Source of the DNA: Octopus vulgaris
Lineage: Eukaryota
Length of the DNA: 64,000 nucleotides
Direction of reading: 5' to 3'
Assembly: GCA_951406725.2 (NCBI GenBank)
Contig: OX597820.1
Span: 13,578,001 to 13,642,000, forward strand
A program made the translations under genes and the position numbers. Numbering within the stretch: the stretch's first letter is position 1; every line of letters starts with the position of its first letter. The notes beneath the pieces are model-generated. The model searched no databases, was not told the DNA's origin, and was given only the letters and a program-made list of their open reading frames with translations. Shown in pieces: positions 26,241-41,164 of the stretch.

Positions 26241-27150
26241 AACATAGAATAGTTTTTGATTTATCCGGATTTGAAGAGTCGACATGTTTCTGCGGAGCGA
26301 GAGAAGGAGGAACTGGAGAGAGGGGAAGGGGAGAAAGTGGTGGAGGAGAGTGGGGAGGGAGAGAGGAATGGAAATGAGGTAGAGAAATGCGGGAGGGAGA
26401 GAGAGGAAGGTAAGCGAAAAGAGGAGGAGAGACAAAGAGATAGGCAGGCAGGCAGACAGACAAAAGAAATAAACAAGTCCTGTTACAAATCCGAACATAA
26501 AAAAAAAGCAAAAATTCTGAACCAATCATATTGTGTTTATTGCAGCATTGGAGTCTATTCTGGCGTTGTTTCAATGCAGCTGCCAATGACCTGGTCCATA
26601 AAACAATGTAAATTCCACGCTTGGAACTAACAGACTTTAAGTAAACTATACCGTGACCCAGGGTATAAAATAAGAATAATTTATTTCTGCACAATTTGCG
26701 CATCCTCCGTTCTGCACATGGACGGCTCCATCGCTCATAATCACTAACAATATTTGCTACCACATGACCTATTCTTAATCGAAATCATATCATGTTTACC
26801 GCAGAAAACCATAATTATTATGCATGTTTAAAATATGTGCATCTTTCAATTGAACAAGAAAGAATATTAATAATGAACGAATCTTACAGGACTCACTGAA
26901 AACTGTTTGATGTCCGGAAAATAGCATTTACTGCGAGATTATAACGAGAGCAGTAACAGCGAAAACTCTGAAGCAGATATGAATAGCAACACCCCTGTTA
27001 GTAATTTTATTTCAATATAAAGGAGTAATTTGTAACTAATAGTTATATGTGATTTAATAAGTAGTATTTTATTTCGGTATAAAAATCTTCATTTTAATAA
27101 ATAGTTTATAATTTGGAATATTTTAGTTCTGCATTTAAATAATTGGTTCA

Positions 27151-27312
27151 TAGGCACAAGAGTGGCTGTGTGGTAAGAAGCTTGCTTTCCAACCACATGG
27201 TTCCGGGTTCAGTCCCACTGCGTGGCACCTTGGGCAAGTGTCTTCTACTATAGCCTCAACACGACCAAAAGCTTGTGAATGGAATTGGTAGACGGAAACT
27301 GAAAGAAGACCG

Positions 27313-27385
<73 letters not shown>

Positions 27386-27565
27386 CTCTGTTTGTCCCCC
27401 ATCATCGCTTGGCAACCGATGCTGGTGTGTTTACGTCCCCGTAATATAGATTTTCGGCAAAAGCGACCGACAGAATAAGTCCGGGGGTCGATTTCTTCGA
27501 CTAAAGGTGGTGTCCCAGTATGGCCGCAGTCAATTGACTGAAACAAGAAAAGTATTAAAAGAATA
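27151..27565 (+). mobile_element. SINE family B, full length
   Basis: Intact A box, B box and tail. Confidence 0.85.
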
Positions 27566-27984
27566 CCTAAAAATATTCACCTGTTGTGCCATCCAGTGTC
27601 ATTCACCATTAAAATGTCTTTCTTTTCTTACAAATAACATGGCTAAAACAAAAACCCTGGTACTCCGTCGGTTGCGACGACGAGGGTTCCAGTTGATCCG
27701 AGCAACAGAAGAGTTTTCTCGTGAACTTAACGTGCTGAGTACTCCACAGACACGCGTACCCTTAACGTAGTCCTCAGTGCGACTCACGGTGACAGAGTGT
27801 GACAAGGCTGGCCCTTTGAATTACAGGTGTTACTTATTTTTGCTAGCTGATTGGACTGGGGCAACGGGAAAAAAAGGATGTCTTGCGCAGGGACACACTG
27901 TCGGGAATCGAATACTTGATCCCCAGCTGAATATTCCTTACCACTAATCCATGCGCCTTCGCTACCAATGCTAATCTAATATTC

Positions 27985-28600
27985 TTTTCTACTCTAGGCA
28001 CAAGGCCTGAAATTTTGGGGGGAATGGGGGCCAGTTGATCAGATCGACCCCAGTAGGCAATTGATACTTAATTCATCGATACCGAAAGGATGAAAGGCAA
28101 AGTCGACCTCGGCGGAATTTGAACTCAGAATGTAGCGGCAGACGAAATACCTATTTCTTTACTACCCACAAGGGGTTAAACACAGAGGAGACAAACAAGG
28201 ACAGACAGACGGATTAAGCCGATTATATCGACCCCAGTGCGTAACTAACTGGCACTTAATTTATCGACCCCGAAAGGATGAAAGGCAAAGTCGACCTCGA
28301 CGGAATTTGAACTCAGAACGTAACGGCAGACGAAATACCGCTATGCATTTCGCCCAGCGTGCTAACGATTCTGCCAGCTCGCCGCCTTTCTTTTTATACT
28401 CTAGGCACAAGGCCTGAAATTTTGGGGGGAAGGGGGCCAGTCAATTAGATCAACCCCAGTACGCAACTGGTACTTAATTTATCGACCCCGAAAGGATGAA
28501 AGGCAAAGTCGACCTCGGCGGAATTTGAACTCAGAACGTAACGGCAGACGAAATACCACTAAGCATTTCACCCGGCGTGCTAACGTTTCTGCCAACGACT
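27985..28600 (-). mobile_element. tandem array of three SINE C units
   Basis: GAAAGGATGAAAGGCAAAGTCGACCTCG repeated at about 28084, 28272 and 28490. Confidence 0.85.
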
Positions 28601-29247
28601 TTTAACACCAACAAAACAACTGAGAATAGTTCTTCATTACTGAATTTGTATCAAATGTCATAAGCCATAGAAAAAGAAGCGTAAACCTTATCTTAGTTCA
28701 AGAAGTTTTTTGTTCCTATTTTCAGATTTTTTTTCTTTCTAGTCATTTTATGTCTAATTTAATTTCCTTGAAAAGCAGTTTTAAAAATCTTTTATCAGTG
28801 TTGTTACGTCAGCATTGCTTATTATTTCGTTTACATAAAATGTTAGGCCTTGGAAAAAAAATTGGTTAAAACGAGCATATTCTTTTTCTTTTTTTTTTCC
28901 ACAAAATAATTCGCAATTTTGCAATAGAGATCTCCAAGAACAGCGGGTTTCAACCGTTTTTGTCTATGGTCGCCTTTGATTTTTATTTTACTCGGTTGGA
29001 CAACTCATAGCCATTCGCTCTATTAAAATATCCTATCATATTTTTGTAATCATGTAGTATTAGTAATGATATTTTTTAAAAATCATTAAAATATTTTGCG
29101 CATTGTAGAATTTAAACAATTTATTACACATATATCTTTAAACAAAAACGTTTTCTGTGACTACATGTTGAAATACTTATATTCTAACGACAAATGCAAC
29201 TGCCCTACATATATATGTACACACACACACATTCACATATTATATGC

Positions 29248-29278
<31 letters not shown>

Positions 29279-29769
29279 AATATATATATATATACATATA
29301 TAAACACACATATATATAGACATATATATACATACATATATACATATATATATGTATATATAATTTTGCTGTTTTCAGTTCGAATAAAAAATCATTTCCT
29401 TATACATAAAACTAGATATAATCGAAGGAATCGTGAGAGTAACAAAAGAAAACAAAAGCTACAAACCGTTGCATAAAATGTATATATATATATATATATA
29501 TATATACATACATACTTATATATATATATATATTTATATATATATACATTCGTTCGTGAATTTTCTTTGAATAAATAAATAGCACTGCTATGCTTTTTTT
29601 TAATGTTAAAGTAATAGTAGCACCCTGGCATAAATATATTTATCCCGAAACATAAAGACATTTATCCCAACTCTCAATCTGTCTTTTAGACTGGATCAAA
29701 GGAAACATTAAGAAACCAGAATCATGGCCACGTCCTTATGCTTCCGTTCTAACCCCTGGTGTCCCGTTC

Positions 29770-29900
29770 TACCGTTAATGATATAAAAGCAATATAAAGT
29801 CTTTTTTCACTGTTAGTCCTTCGTAGTTTTTCGATAAGAGCAAGCAATAAACCGTGGATAATGCGCAATGTGTACGTGTGGTGTTGGCTTAGTATGGAAC
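29770..29900 (-). pseudogene. decayed LINE reverse transcriptase fragment
   Basis: HTYTLRII...IEKLRRTNSEKRLYIAFISLT resembles the HIFTLRQLIEK..LYIAFID RT motif. Confidence 0.45.
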
Positions 29901-30262
29901 CCTTAACGTCCCATAATACAGCAAAAGAGAAGGTATACGACAGCAGCGATAGAATCATAGAAACATGTTAAATTCGATTTATTTTTTATCCTTTATTTTT
30001 TTTTTTTTTTTTTTTTTTTACTCGTTTCAGTAAACCCTTCGAGGGGTTACCTTAAAGGGTCTAGTCGAACAAATCGACTGCAGTATTTCTTTCACGTCTT
30101 GTACTTGTTTCTACCTGTTTCTATTGTCGCGAACCGTTAAATTTCGGTGACGTAAACAAACCGACACCGGTTGTTAAGCGATTGTGAGATAGAAGCACTA
30201 ACACAAGGACATACGTAAACGTACAGTACACTCGTGTGCATACACACACAGACAAGTGCATA

Positions 30263-30327
<65 letters not shown>

Positions 30328-30585
30328 TGCACGTGACTAGTACTTATTTCATTGGCCCTGAAAGGATGAAAGGCAAAGTTAGCCTCGGCAGGATTTGAAC
30401 TCAGAACGTAAAGAACCGGAAGAAATACTGCTGCTTTGTCCGATGTGTTAATGACTCTGCCAGCTCGCTGCCTTTTAAATACATTATTTCTACCAAAATT
30501 CGTTTCGAATTTTGGTAATTATTATAAAACAATTGATGATGATTATTATAATTGATGATGTTTTGATCTCTCTTTCCCTCTCCCT

Positions 30586-30619
<34 letters not shown>

Positions 30620-30962
30620 CTCTCTATCTACATAACTCCCAATAAATGTGTTAAGTGCCCTTCTTTCGTTAATCTACTCACTCGTATATATATATACATA
30701 TATATATGAGAAATTAAAAAAAGAAAAATACAAACACTTTACATAGTTTTAATATAATTTTTAATATACCGACCTGTTTCGCTTTCGCTATTCATGATAT
30801 TATGGTTTACTTATTTGAATATGTATTTTCTTAAGAAGAAATTTTGTCCATGTTGTGTATGATGATATTTATGAGTGAAGTATATGAAGTATAAGGAAAG
30901 GAAAAATTATATATGTAGACGATCTTTAATTCATAATCCAAGTTGGTATAGAACCAATATAC

Positions 30963-31052
30963 ATTCTACAAATTGTTTCGGAGTCTATTTAATTCCAAAG
31001 ACGAAAACGAAAAACACTTCTTGAAATAAAAATTAGATTCTTCGTCAGGAAT
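30963..31052 (-). ncRNA. type I hammerhead ribozyme with extended stem II loop
   Basis: AUUC-CUGACGA-AGAAUCUA...UAGACUCC-GAAAC-AAUUU-GUA-GAAU. Confidence 0.65.
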
Positions 31053-31757
31053 TACATACTGGTATGAATAACTACGTCAAACAAAAATATGCAAAGACCT
31101 TTCATAGCCCAGTCGGGAACGAACAAATAATAATAGAATGAAAGATAACTAGAACGCCAGATAATTCAAAACCAGAAAAATTTGAAGGATTTCGGTCCTT
31201 GCCCAAGTTGCCCCGCAGTGGGACTGAACCCGGAACCACACAGCCAAGCCTGCGCCAATGATAGCAGAGAGTAAATGATGCTGACAACCATTATGATACT
31301 ACCGGTGATAACGATAATAGCCCGGAGTAGTGTTGACGGAGATGGTGGTCTCGAAACTCAGGCCACGGTGATGGCGTTTTAGCGCAGCGAAGATGGCAGC
31401 GGCAGCGTAAGCGGCGGCGGTTAATATACTGCTTTGAAGCAGGAAAAAAAAACACAGCAAAACAACAAGAACAATTCAAATAAATTACACGGTGATAACT
31501 ATAGACAACTAAAGCTATTTCAAACAAAGATATCGACAGAGCAATTGCCGATTTAATTAATAACTTTCGTAACATTCTAATCTCTATTTCAACAACTTTA
31601 GAAATATAATATACTTGTGTTATTTCATATATTTTGGTTCTTATTGATGTTATTGTAGTTGGAGGTGTTGTTGTTGTTGTTGTTGTTGTTTATTAATATT
31701 TTAATGCTATGTTACCAAACTATTGATACTTCAGAGGTATTATTGAAAATTACCTAG

Positions 31758-32785
<1,028 letters not shown>

Positions 32786-32865
32786 AAGGTAGACATCGTA
32801 TCAGTTTCAACGGTAACTTGTTAATATTCATTATTCAGTGTACTTTTGTTAGTGTGTTATCTCTT

Positions 32866-33530
32866 AATCATCATCATCATCACCTCTATCATCATCATTG
32901 TCATCATCATCGTCGTCATCATCATCGTCATCATCATCATCGTCCTCATCATCCTCGCCTATCGCCATCATCACCACTATCATCATCATCGTCATCATCA
33001 TCGTCATCATCATCATCGTCATCATCGCCATCGCCCTCATCATCCTCGCCTATCCCCATCATCGCTACTATCATCACCATCAACCGAGTGGATGACCGTG
33101 TCTTTTTGTTGACGTCTCGTTGTCTTAATCATCATCGCCGTCCCAGTCGTCGCCGCCACCGCCGTCATAGTTATCGCCGTCGTCGTTGCCACCGTCATCA
33201 TCAACATCTTCATCATCATCATCATCATCGTCATCATCACTACCGCTAGTGTCGTCATTATCATTGTCGTCTTCGTCGTTGCCTTCGTCGTCACATCATC
33301 ACCACCAGTGACCTCATCGTCACCACCATCATCATCATCATCATCATCATCTTCATCTCCATCATCTACACCATCATCATAGTCAGCATCTTTATCATCA
33401 TCATCATCATCATCATCATCACCATCATCATCCTTATCGCCATCATAATCATCATCATCATCATCATCATTATCATCATCATCATCATCACCATCATCAG
33501 CACCATCACCATCATCATCATCCTTATCGC

Positions 33531-33565
<35 letters not shown>

Positions 33566-33955
33566 CCATCATCATCCTTATCGCCATCATAATCATCATC
33601 ATCATCATCATTATCATCATCATCATCATCACCATCATCAGCACCATCACCATCATCATCATCCTTATCGCCATCATCATCATCATCATCATCATCACCA
33701 TCATCATCATCATCCTTATCGCCATCATCATCATCCTCATCACCATCATCATTATCATCCTTATCACTATCATCATCCTCCTCCTCATCATCATCATCAT
33801 CATCGTCATCCTTATCATCATTATCATCATCATCCTTATCATAATCATCAGCATCATCATCATCATAATCATCATCCTTATAGCCACCATCATCATCATC
33901 ATCAACCTTATCATAATCATCAGCATCATCACCAGCATCATCATCATCATCATCG
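32866..33955. repeat. (CAT)n trinucleotide microsatellite, about 1.1 kb
   Basis: Direct inspection. Confidence 0.9.
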
Positions 33956-34590
33956 TTCGTTAACGCCCGTTGTAGCTGCAGTGAGCGCCATCTGTCTAAT
34001 CTTTATCGCAGTCGCCATCATAGTCGTTCTTCTGATCTTTCCTTTGTTTTTCTAAGAATTGTTAATATTTTTCCCCCAACCTCGTCGCTATTTATATTTT
34101 TACACTTTAGTTCCTACAGATAAGGAAACAATCAATATTACAAAAGTTGAATAATATAGTAACAAACACCCACACATATTTATGTATGTGTGTGTGTGTA
34201 TACGTAAATACATACATAGACACACACACACTCATACATATACGCATACTTATATGCATAAATATATAGAGTGAGTAGGTGAAAGATTAATATAGGTAGC
34301 ACAGAATAATTGCTGAAATGAATGGGAACTTAAACTCCAGCTACATCCAGACCTGGCACCTTGGCATTGAAAGTCGGTTATGAGAACAATCCTTATCGCC
34401 TCGTCGAGTTGTTAATAAGATGGTAAAGTAGATAAACACCGTTAGACTCGAGACGTATATTTACGTGGTAGAGCAAAAAGTACATATTAGGAAAATAAAG
34501 AAAGAAGGAAGTAAAACAGAAAAGAAGGATTTTGTATACTCTCATCTCGACAGCTGTTTCAAGAGAGACATAACATACGAAATAACCATA

Positions 34591-35249
<659 letters not shown>

Positions 35250-35269
35250 TGTTCATAATATATGAAAAA

Positions 35270-35617
35270 CGTCATAGGTTTGCGTCTGGCGAGAAGTTCC
35301 ACCGATATTGTTAAAGTAACATTAGGTGTCCTTTTGCAACAGCAGAATGAGCTCTAGCTACGAAGATGCTGTTTCATCAAGAACAGCACCTGGGTTTATT
35401 CTACTCTCCAGGTATATGAATGTCTGATATTCCAGGCTTTTCTCGTTGTTGATGAGGAAGTAGCAAGGATCTAATGAATTGCTGATGTTTTATACTTCTG
35501 ATTTATTTGGCAATAAGCGTAGGTTGGCAGACGACTTTGGTTTCTCGGTTATTGACATTGAGGCTCAAAGCTTTACTCACATTACAGAAACGTTTAACAA
35601 GCTCTTGTGCTTCTTTG
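35270..35617 (-). pseudogene. RTE-clade LINE reverse transcriptase fragment
   Basis: EAQELVKRFCNVSKALSLNVNNRETKVVCQP...FIYLES...VARAHSA resembles GL.I..KT.V.Q and F.YLGS..RI.KA; stops and frameshifts. Confidence 0.6.
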
Positions 35618-35677
35618 ACATGTGCATGTGTGTGCATATTTATTTCTGTAAGTGTGTATGTATATATGCATACATAC

Positions 35678-35737
<60 letters not shown>

Positions 35738-35959
35738 AAATTATAATTAAGGGTAACTAAGAGATGCCATCATGCTAGATATAGCAGCCAAAACTTGACT
35801 CTAAAACCACATTAAAAGCTATATCTATCATGGTGGTATCTCTTAGATACCCTTAATTATAATTTTGATAATAATTAACAATGAGGTTTTTATACTCATG
35901 CTGGCCACCTGATATGATCGGTATTTTCAATACCAATCTTATCCTTATTTACATAAATT

Positions 35960-36948
35960 TATATATATATATATATATGCATATACACATACACACACAT
36001 ATATATACATACATACATACATACACACATATACATACATACAAACACACACACATACAATCGACATATATATATATACATGCACACTCACACCTTCATA
36101 CATACACACACATACATACATACATACAAACATATACACATACATACACATTCACACATGCTTGCATACATACTTACACACACGCACACATACATACACA
36201 CGTACATACACATTCACACATGCATGCATACATACACACATACATACATACAAACATACATACATACATGCATACATACATACATACATACATACATACA
36301 TACATACATACATACATACATACATACATACATACATACATACATACATACGCTTACACATACATATATGGTGGCTGCCTCCTCGTTATCGAGTATGGCC
36401 ATTGCACGAAGCTTAACGAATGTTGTTATCGTGCAATGCCTGTGCAAGAAGTGAGGAAAGGCTGTGCACAGAGTCAATCCCACTCACTAAACAACAGCAG
36501 CTATAATCCGAAAAAAAGAACAAGTCAACATCATCGGTAACCACTGAGCCGCAGGTTTTATGTCGGAGTTATCCCAGTTACCCGAGTTACCTTCTCCTAG
36601 AAGGATGCCCTGACAAAGGCTAGGAGTCCTTCACTCCCAATGGTTTAACCGCGCGATCGGGTATTCCGTCCGATTATTTCTATGTCCCCGCGCATGATAC
36701 AGCCTTAAGACATTTATTGGATGTCCGTTGACTCTCATCTCAAGAGTTCCTCCGACTTTTGACAGGTTTTGTTTTTCATCTCGCAGGGTGTCCAATAAAC
36801 ACCCTCCTCATCAAGTAAGCTTGGTGGGGTTGCCGGTTTAGTCGCCGACGACCCGACCATGCAACAGGTTGTACTGGGTTACATGTTACCAGTAGCACTC
36901 GAAAGTGACCTGACATAACATATATATATACATACATATATATATGTG

Positions 36949-36996
<48 letters not shown>

Positions 36997-36998
36997 CA

Positions 36999-37030
<32 letters not shown>

Positions 37031-37678
37031 CATAGGTATAGACATACATACATACATAAAAACATTCACACATACATACACATTCACACATGCTTGCATA
37101 CATACACACACGCACACATACATACATACATACATACACACGTATATACACATTCACACATGCATACATACATACATACATACATACATACATACATACT
37201 TATGCTCACACATACATACATACATACATACATACACACATACATACATACATACATACACATATACATATATATTCACACATGCTTGCATACATACACG
37301 CACACATACATACATACACGCATACATACATGCACACATACATACATACATACATACTTATGCTCACACATACATACATACACATACCCATACACATTCA
37401 CACATGCATACATACATACACATATACATACGCTCACACATACAGACATATATACATAATACATACATACATACATACATACATACATACACATTCACAC
37501 ATGCTTGCATACATATATACACGCACACATACATACACACATACATACACACATACGTACAAACATACATACATACATACATACATACATACATACATAC
37601 AAACATACATACACACACACATACATACATACATACATACATACATACAAACATACAAACACAAATACACACATACAA

Positions 37679-37709
<31 letters not shown>

Positions 37710-37755
37710 CACATACGCTCACACATACATACATACATACATACATATACATATA

Positions 37756-37787
<32 letters not shown>

Positions 37788-38130
37788 CACATACGCTCAC
37801 ACATACATACATACATACATACATATATACATATATACATACATACATACATACATACACACAAACATACACACAAACATACATACGCTCACACATACAT
37901 ACATGCATACATACATACATACATACATGCATACATACATACATACATATATACATACACACATACACACATACAAACATACATACATACATACATACAT
38001 ACATACATACATACATACATACATACATACATACATACATACATACATACATACATACATACATTCATGCATACATACATACATACATACATACATACAT
38101 ACATACATACATACATACATACATACATAC
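35960..38130. repeat. (CATA)n/(CA)n microsatellite field interrupted by an RTE-derived element
   Basis: Direct inspection. Confidence 0.9.
36370..36920 (-). mobile_element. short non-coding RTE-derived (bipartite) retroelement
   Basis: RTE 5'UTR-like motif CTAGGAGAAGGTAACTC, RTE-like 3' end ...GATAACGAGGAGGCAGCCACC, no ORF, GC-rich island within (CATA)n. Confidence 0.55.
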
Positions 38131-38551
38131 AACTGCGATTTACAATTCTGGAAAATTCGAAGTGTCTGCCTAAACTCTATCATCTACAAAAGCTGTCGCA
38201 TTTGTGAAGATTTTGTGTAGTTATTAACGGTTTTTATGATCTTATTAGATAGACTGCAGACAGTGTTTTCATCATGGCTGCTCTGTATTTTAATCCGCAG
38301 CGATATCTCTTTTGAATCTAGAGAAGTACTAAGGCTTAGTTTCAAATCATAAAAATATTAATTCGATTATCCGAACGATTCACGTATCTTATCCAGCACG
38401 TCTTTTTGCTATTCCGGCAAAAGGAACTCTTTTTTCCTACATTACGAGTATCGACAGCAATCGTTGATGAACCAACGGAAAGCCTCTATGTGGTCGCTGT
38501 ATGTGTTAGATATAGCAGCCAAATCCTCCATACAATGCCATGTGCCGTTAA

Positions 38552-38944
38552 GCATGGCTGTGGTGCAAGAAGTTTGTTTTCCAACCACATGGTTCTGGTT
38601 TCAGTCCCACTACGTGGCACTTTGGGCTAATACTTTCTACAAGAGCCTTGGGCCCGGCCAAAGTCTTGTGAGTGGATTTGGTAGATGGTAACTGGAAGAC
38701 GCCCATCGTATATGTGTGTGTATGTGTGTGTGCGTGTGTATCTGTCTTTGTCCCCTCAACATCGCTTGACAACCGATGTTGGTGTGTTTAGTCCTCGTCA
38801 CTTAGCGGTTCGGCATGAGAGACCGATAGAATAAGTACTAGGCTTACAAAGAATAAGTCCTGGGGTCGATTTGCTCGACTAAAGGCGGTGCTCCAGCATG
38901 GCCGCAGTCAAATGACTGAAACAAATAGAAGAATAAAAGAATAA
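38552..38944 (+). mobile_element. SINE family B
   Basis: Same structure as 547-961. Confidence 0.8.
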
Positions 38945-39060
38945 ATGTGTGGCTGTGTGGTATGAAGTTAGCGGCCCAACCACATGGTCCTGGGTTCAAT
39001 TCGACGACGTGGCACTTTGGAAAGTGTCTTGTACTACAGCGTCTGAGGCCAGAAAATAGA

Positions 39061-39579
39061 GACTGGTAAGGTCGTAGGAATTCTCCGACAACCGCTTCTG
39101 TCCCTTTCCGGAAGTATGGCAAGGAGCCGAATCCTGCTTGCACACACATATGGCCTTCCAGCAGCAATCGTCTCCAGCCATGTCCACAGTCCCCAGCAAC
39201 ATCGCAGCCGTCTGAATTGAGCCTATTTATTGCCTTGTTCAAAGTTGTCGGCTGGCATGGACTCGCCCTCCCAAGAGACACATCCGAACACAACCACAGT
39301 TTGGGAGAACGTGGTTTTCATGATGTCCATGTCATGTCTTACAGCTTTTACAGTGTTCACAGAGCATTGAGCAGCAGGAATTTTGATAATCGGCGCAGAT
39401 TATCATGATGCAGCTAACTCCTTTACAAATGGCTTCCAGTCCTCTATGTCAGCTAACCTTTTCCTGAACTACAACTTTAATCTTTATGCTCACCATTACC
39501 GTTGACAGTTCACCGATAAATGAAGCTCTTGGTGAAAATAAGGTGACACAAAAATCGTCAAATTTAGCCGGAACACCCT
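39061..39579 (-). mobile_element. maT/DD37D-like Tc1-mariner fragment
   Basis: MKTTFSQTVVVFGCVSWEGESMP..FEQG, RLNSDG, QDSAPCHTSGKGQKRLSEN; terminus TA-TAGGGTGTTCCGG. Confidence 0.7.
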
Positions 39580-39589
39580 ATATATAGTA

Positions 39590-40150
39590 TTGGGTTGTCT
39601 GGAAAGTTCATGCACATTTTTAAAGGAAAGAAAGAGGTCAATAAATACTTGCCACTACATTTTTACTCAACCAAATATGAACCATTTTGTTGCACAATGC
39701 CTCTCCATCTTTCCTTTAACTTGAAAATACCCTCTTCCCAGAATTGAGGTGGTTTCATGGCAAAGAATTCATCAAGGTATATTTTTACGTCATCCAAGGA
39801 ATTGAAATTCTTACCATTAAGACTATTTTGCAGAGACTTGAATAAGTGGAAATCCGAAGGAGCAATATCTGGTGAATATGGAGGATGGAGTAACACATCC
39901 CAGCCGAGCTGCAGCAATTTTTGTCTGGTTCCCAAAGTATCAAGTGCTGAAAATGAACTTTCTTATCTTCCATTTTAAAGGGTTACAGAATTAACACAGG
40001 TTATAGGAACACAAACCTTCTTCCACGAAAAGATAGCTTAAACTGTGCTCTAAATGGAGGTCAAATCCTATTTTATGGACTCAACCATGTTCTAAAATAA
40101 GTCGAAAGATAAGCTACTATAAGTCGGCACGAACTTTCTGGACAACCCAA
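39590..40150 (-). mobile_element. complete 561-bp mariner MITE (internal deletion)
   Basis: TIRs TTGGGTTGTCTGGAAAGTTC and GAACTTTCTGGACAACCCAA, TA TSDs, HPPYSPDIAPSDFHLF motif. Confidence 0.92.
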
Positions 40151-40979
40151 TAATATTTCTGAGCATTCTAAAAATTTTGGAAAAGCTGTTTTCCTTTAAA
40201 TTTCTTGAGAATGACCCATTTTCAGAAGGTTGAAAAAAGACTTGGTAAAATGTATTATCAGAAATGTGAAGCAATATAATTAAAAGAGTCAGGTCTTTCG
40301 TTGTGTGTCAGTTCCAATTTAATAGAAGATTAAAAGAAATTTTCATTCCCCGAATGGAATTAAAGAGCTGCATCTTTTAATTGCAATGTTATTTTATACA
40401 AACCACAGAAACGGGAAAAGTCAAGATTTTATCGATAAACTGAAGCGAAAGCATTCACTTCTGAATAAATTGAACAATGAAATGGAACTATTCCACACTG
40501 AAATCGAAACCATATGGGGTTATAAATTACTGCTACTTTTACACCCAAAATTCTACAGATTTCGTGTTTTCATATAAAACTCTTTAGACTAAAAGGTACA
40601 AGGCCTGAAATTTTGAGGGAGGAGCAAGAAGATTACATAGACCTTAGTATCCAACAGGTACTTGTTTTATCGATCCCGAAGGGATGAAAGGCAAAGTCGA
40701 CCCCGACGGCGTTTGAACTCAGAACGTAAAGACGATCGAAATGTTGCCAAGTATTTTGTCCGGGGTGCCAATGGTTCTGTTAATTCACCGACTTGACTTT
40801 TCCCGTGTCTGTGGTTTGTTTAAATAATATTGTAATTAAAAGATGCAGCTCTTTAATTCCATTCGGGGAATGAAATTTTCATTTAATCTTCTATTAAATT
40901 GGAACTGACTCACTAACGAAAGACTTGACTCTTTCATTTTACATTTGACAGATATTTCTCCTCATGTTGTTTGTTGTTA

Positions 40980-41023
40980 ACACAACGTTTCGGCTGATAT
41001 ACCCTCCAGCCTTCATCAGATGT
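40980..41023 (-). ncRNA. minimal type I hammerhead ribozyme (PLE type)
   Basis: ACAU-CUGAUGA-A-GGCUG(loop)CAGCC-GAAACGUU-GUGU with palindromic stem III AACGUU. Confidence 0.75.
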
Positions 41024-41164
41024 CTTGGGGAAATTTCCGTCAAATGTAAATAATGTACATAATTCCTCATCTCTTAAATATAGAACTATATTACTTCACA
41101 TTTCTGATAATACATTTTATCAAGCCTTTTTTCAACCTTCTAAAAATGGGCCATTATCAAGAAA

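Noticed and set aside
25896-26763. 191-209 aa minus-strand ORFs
   Set aside because: They run through a GA-rich tract and a PLE fragment and show no motif support
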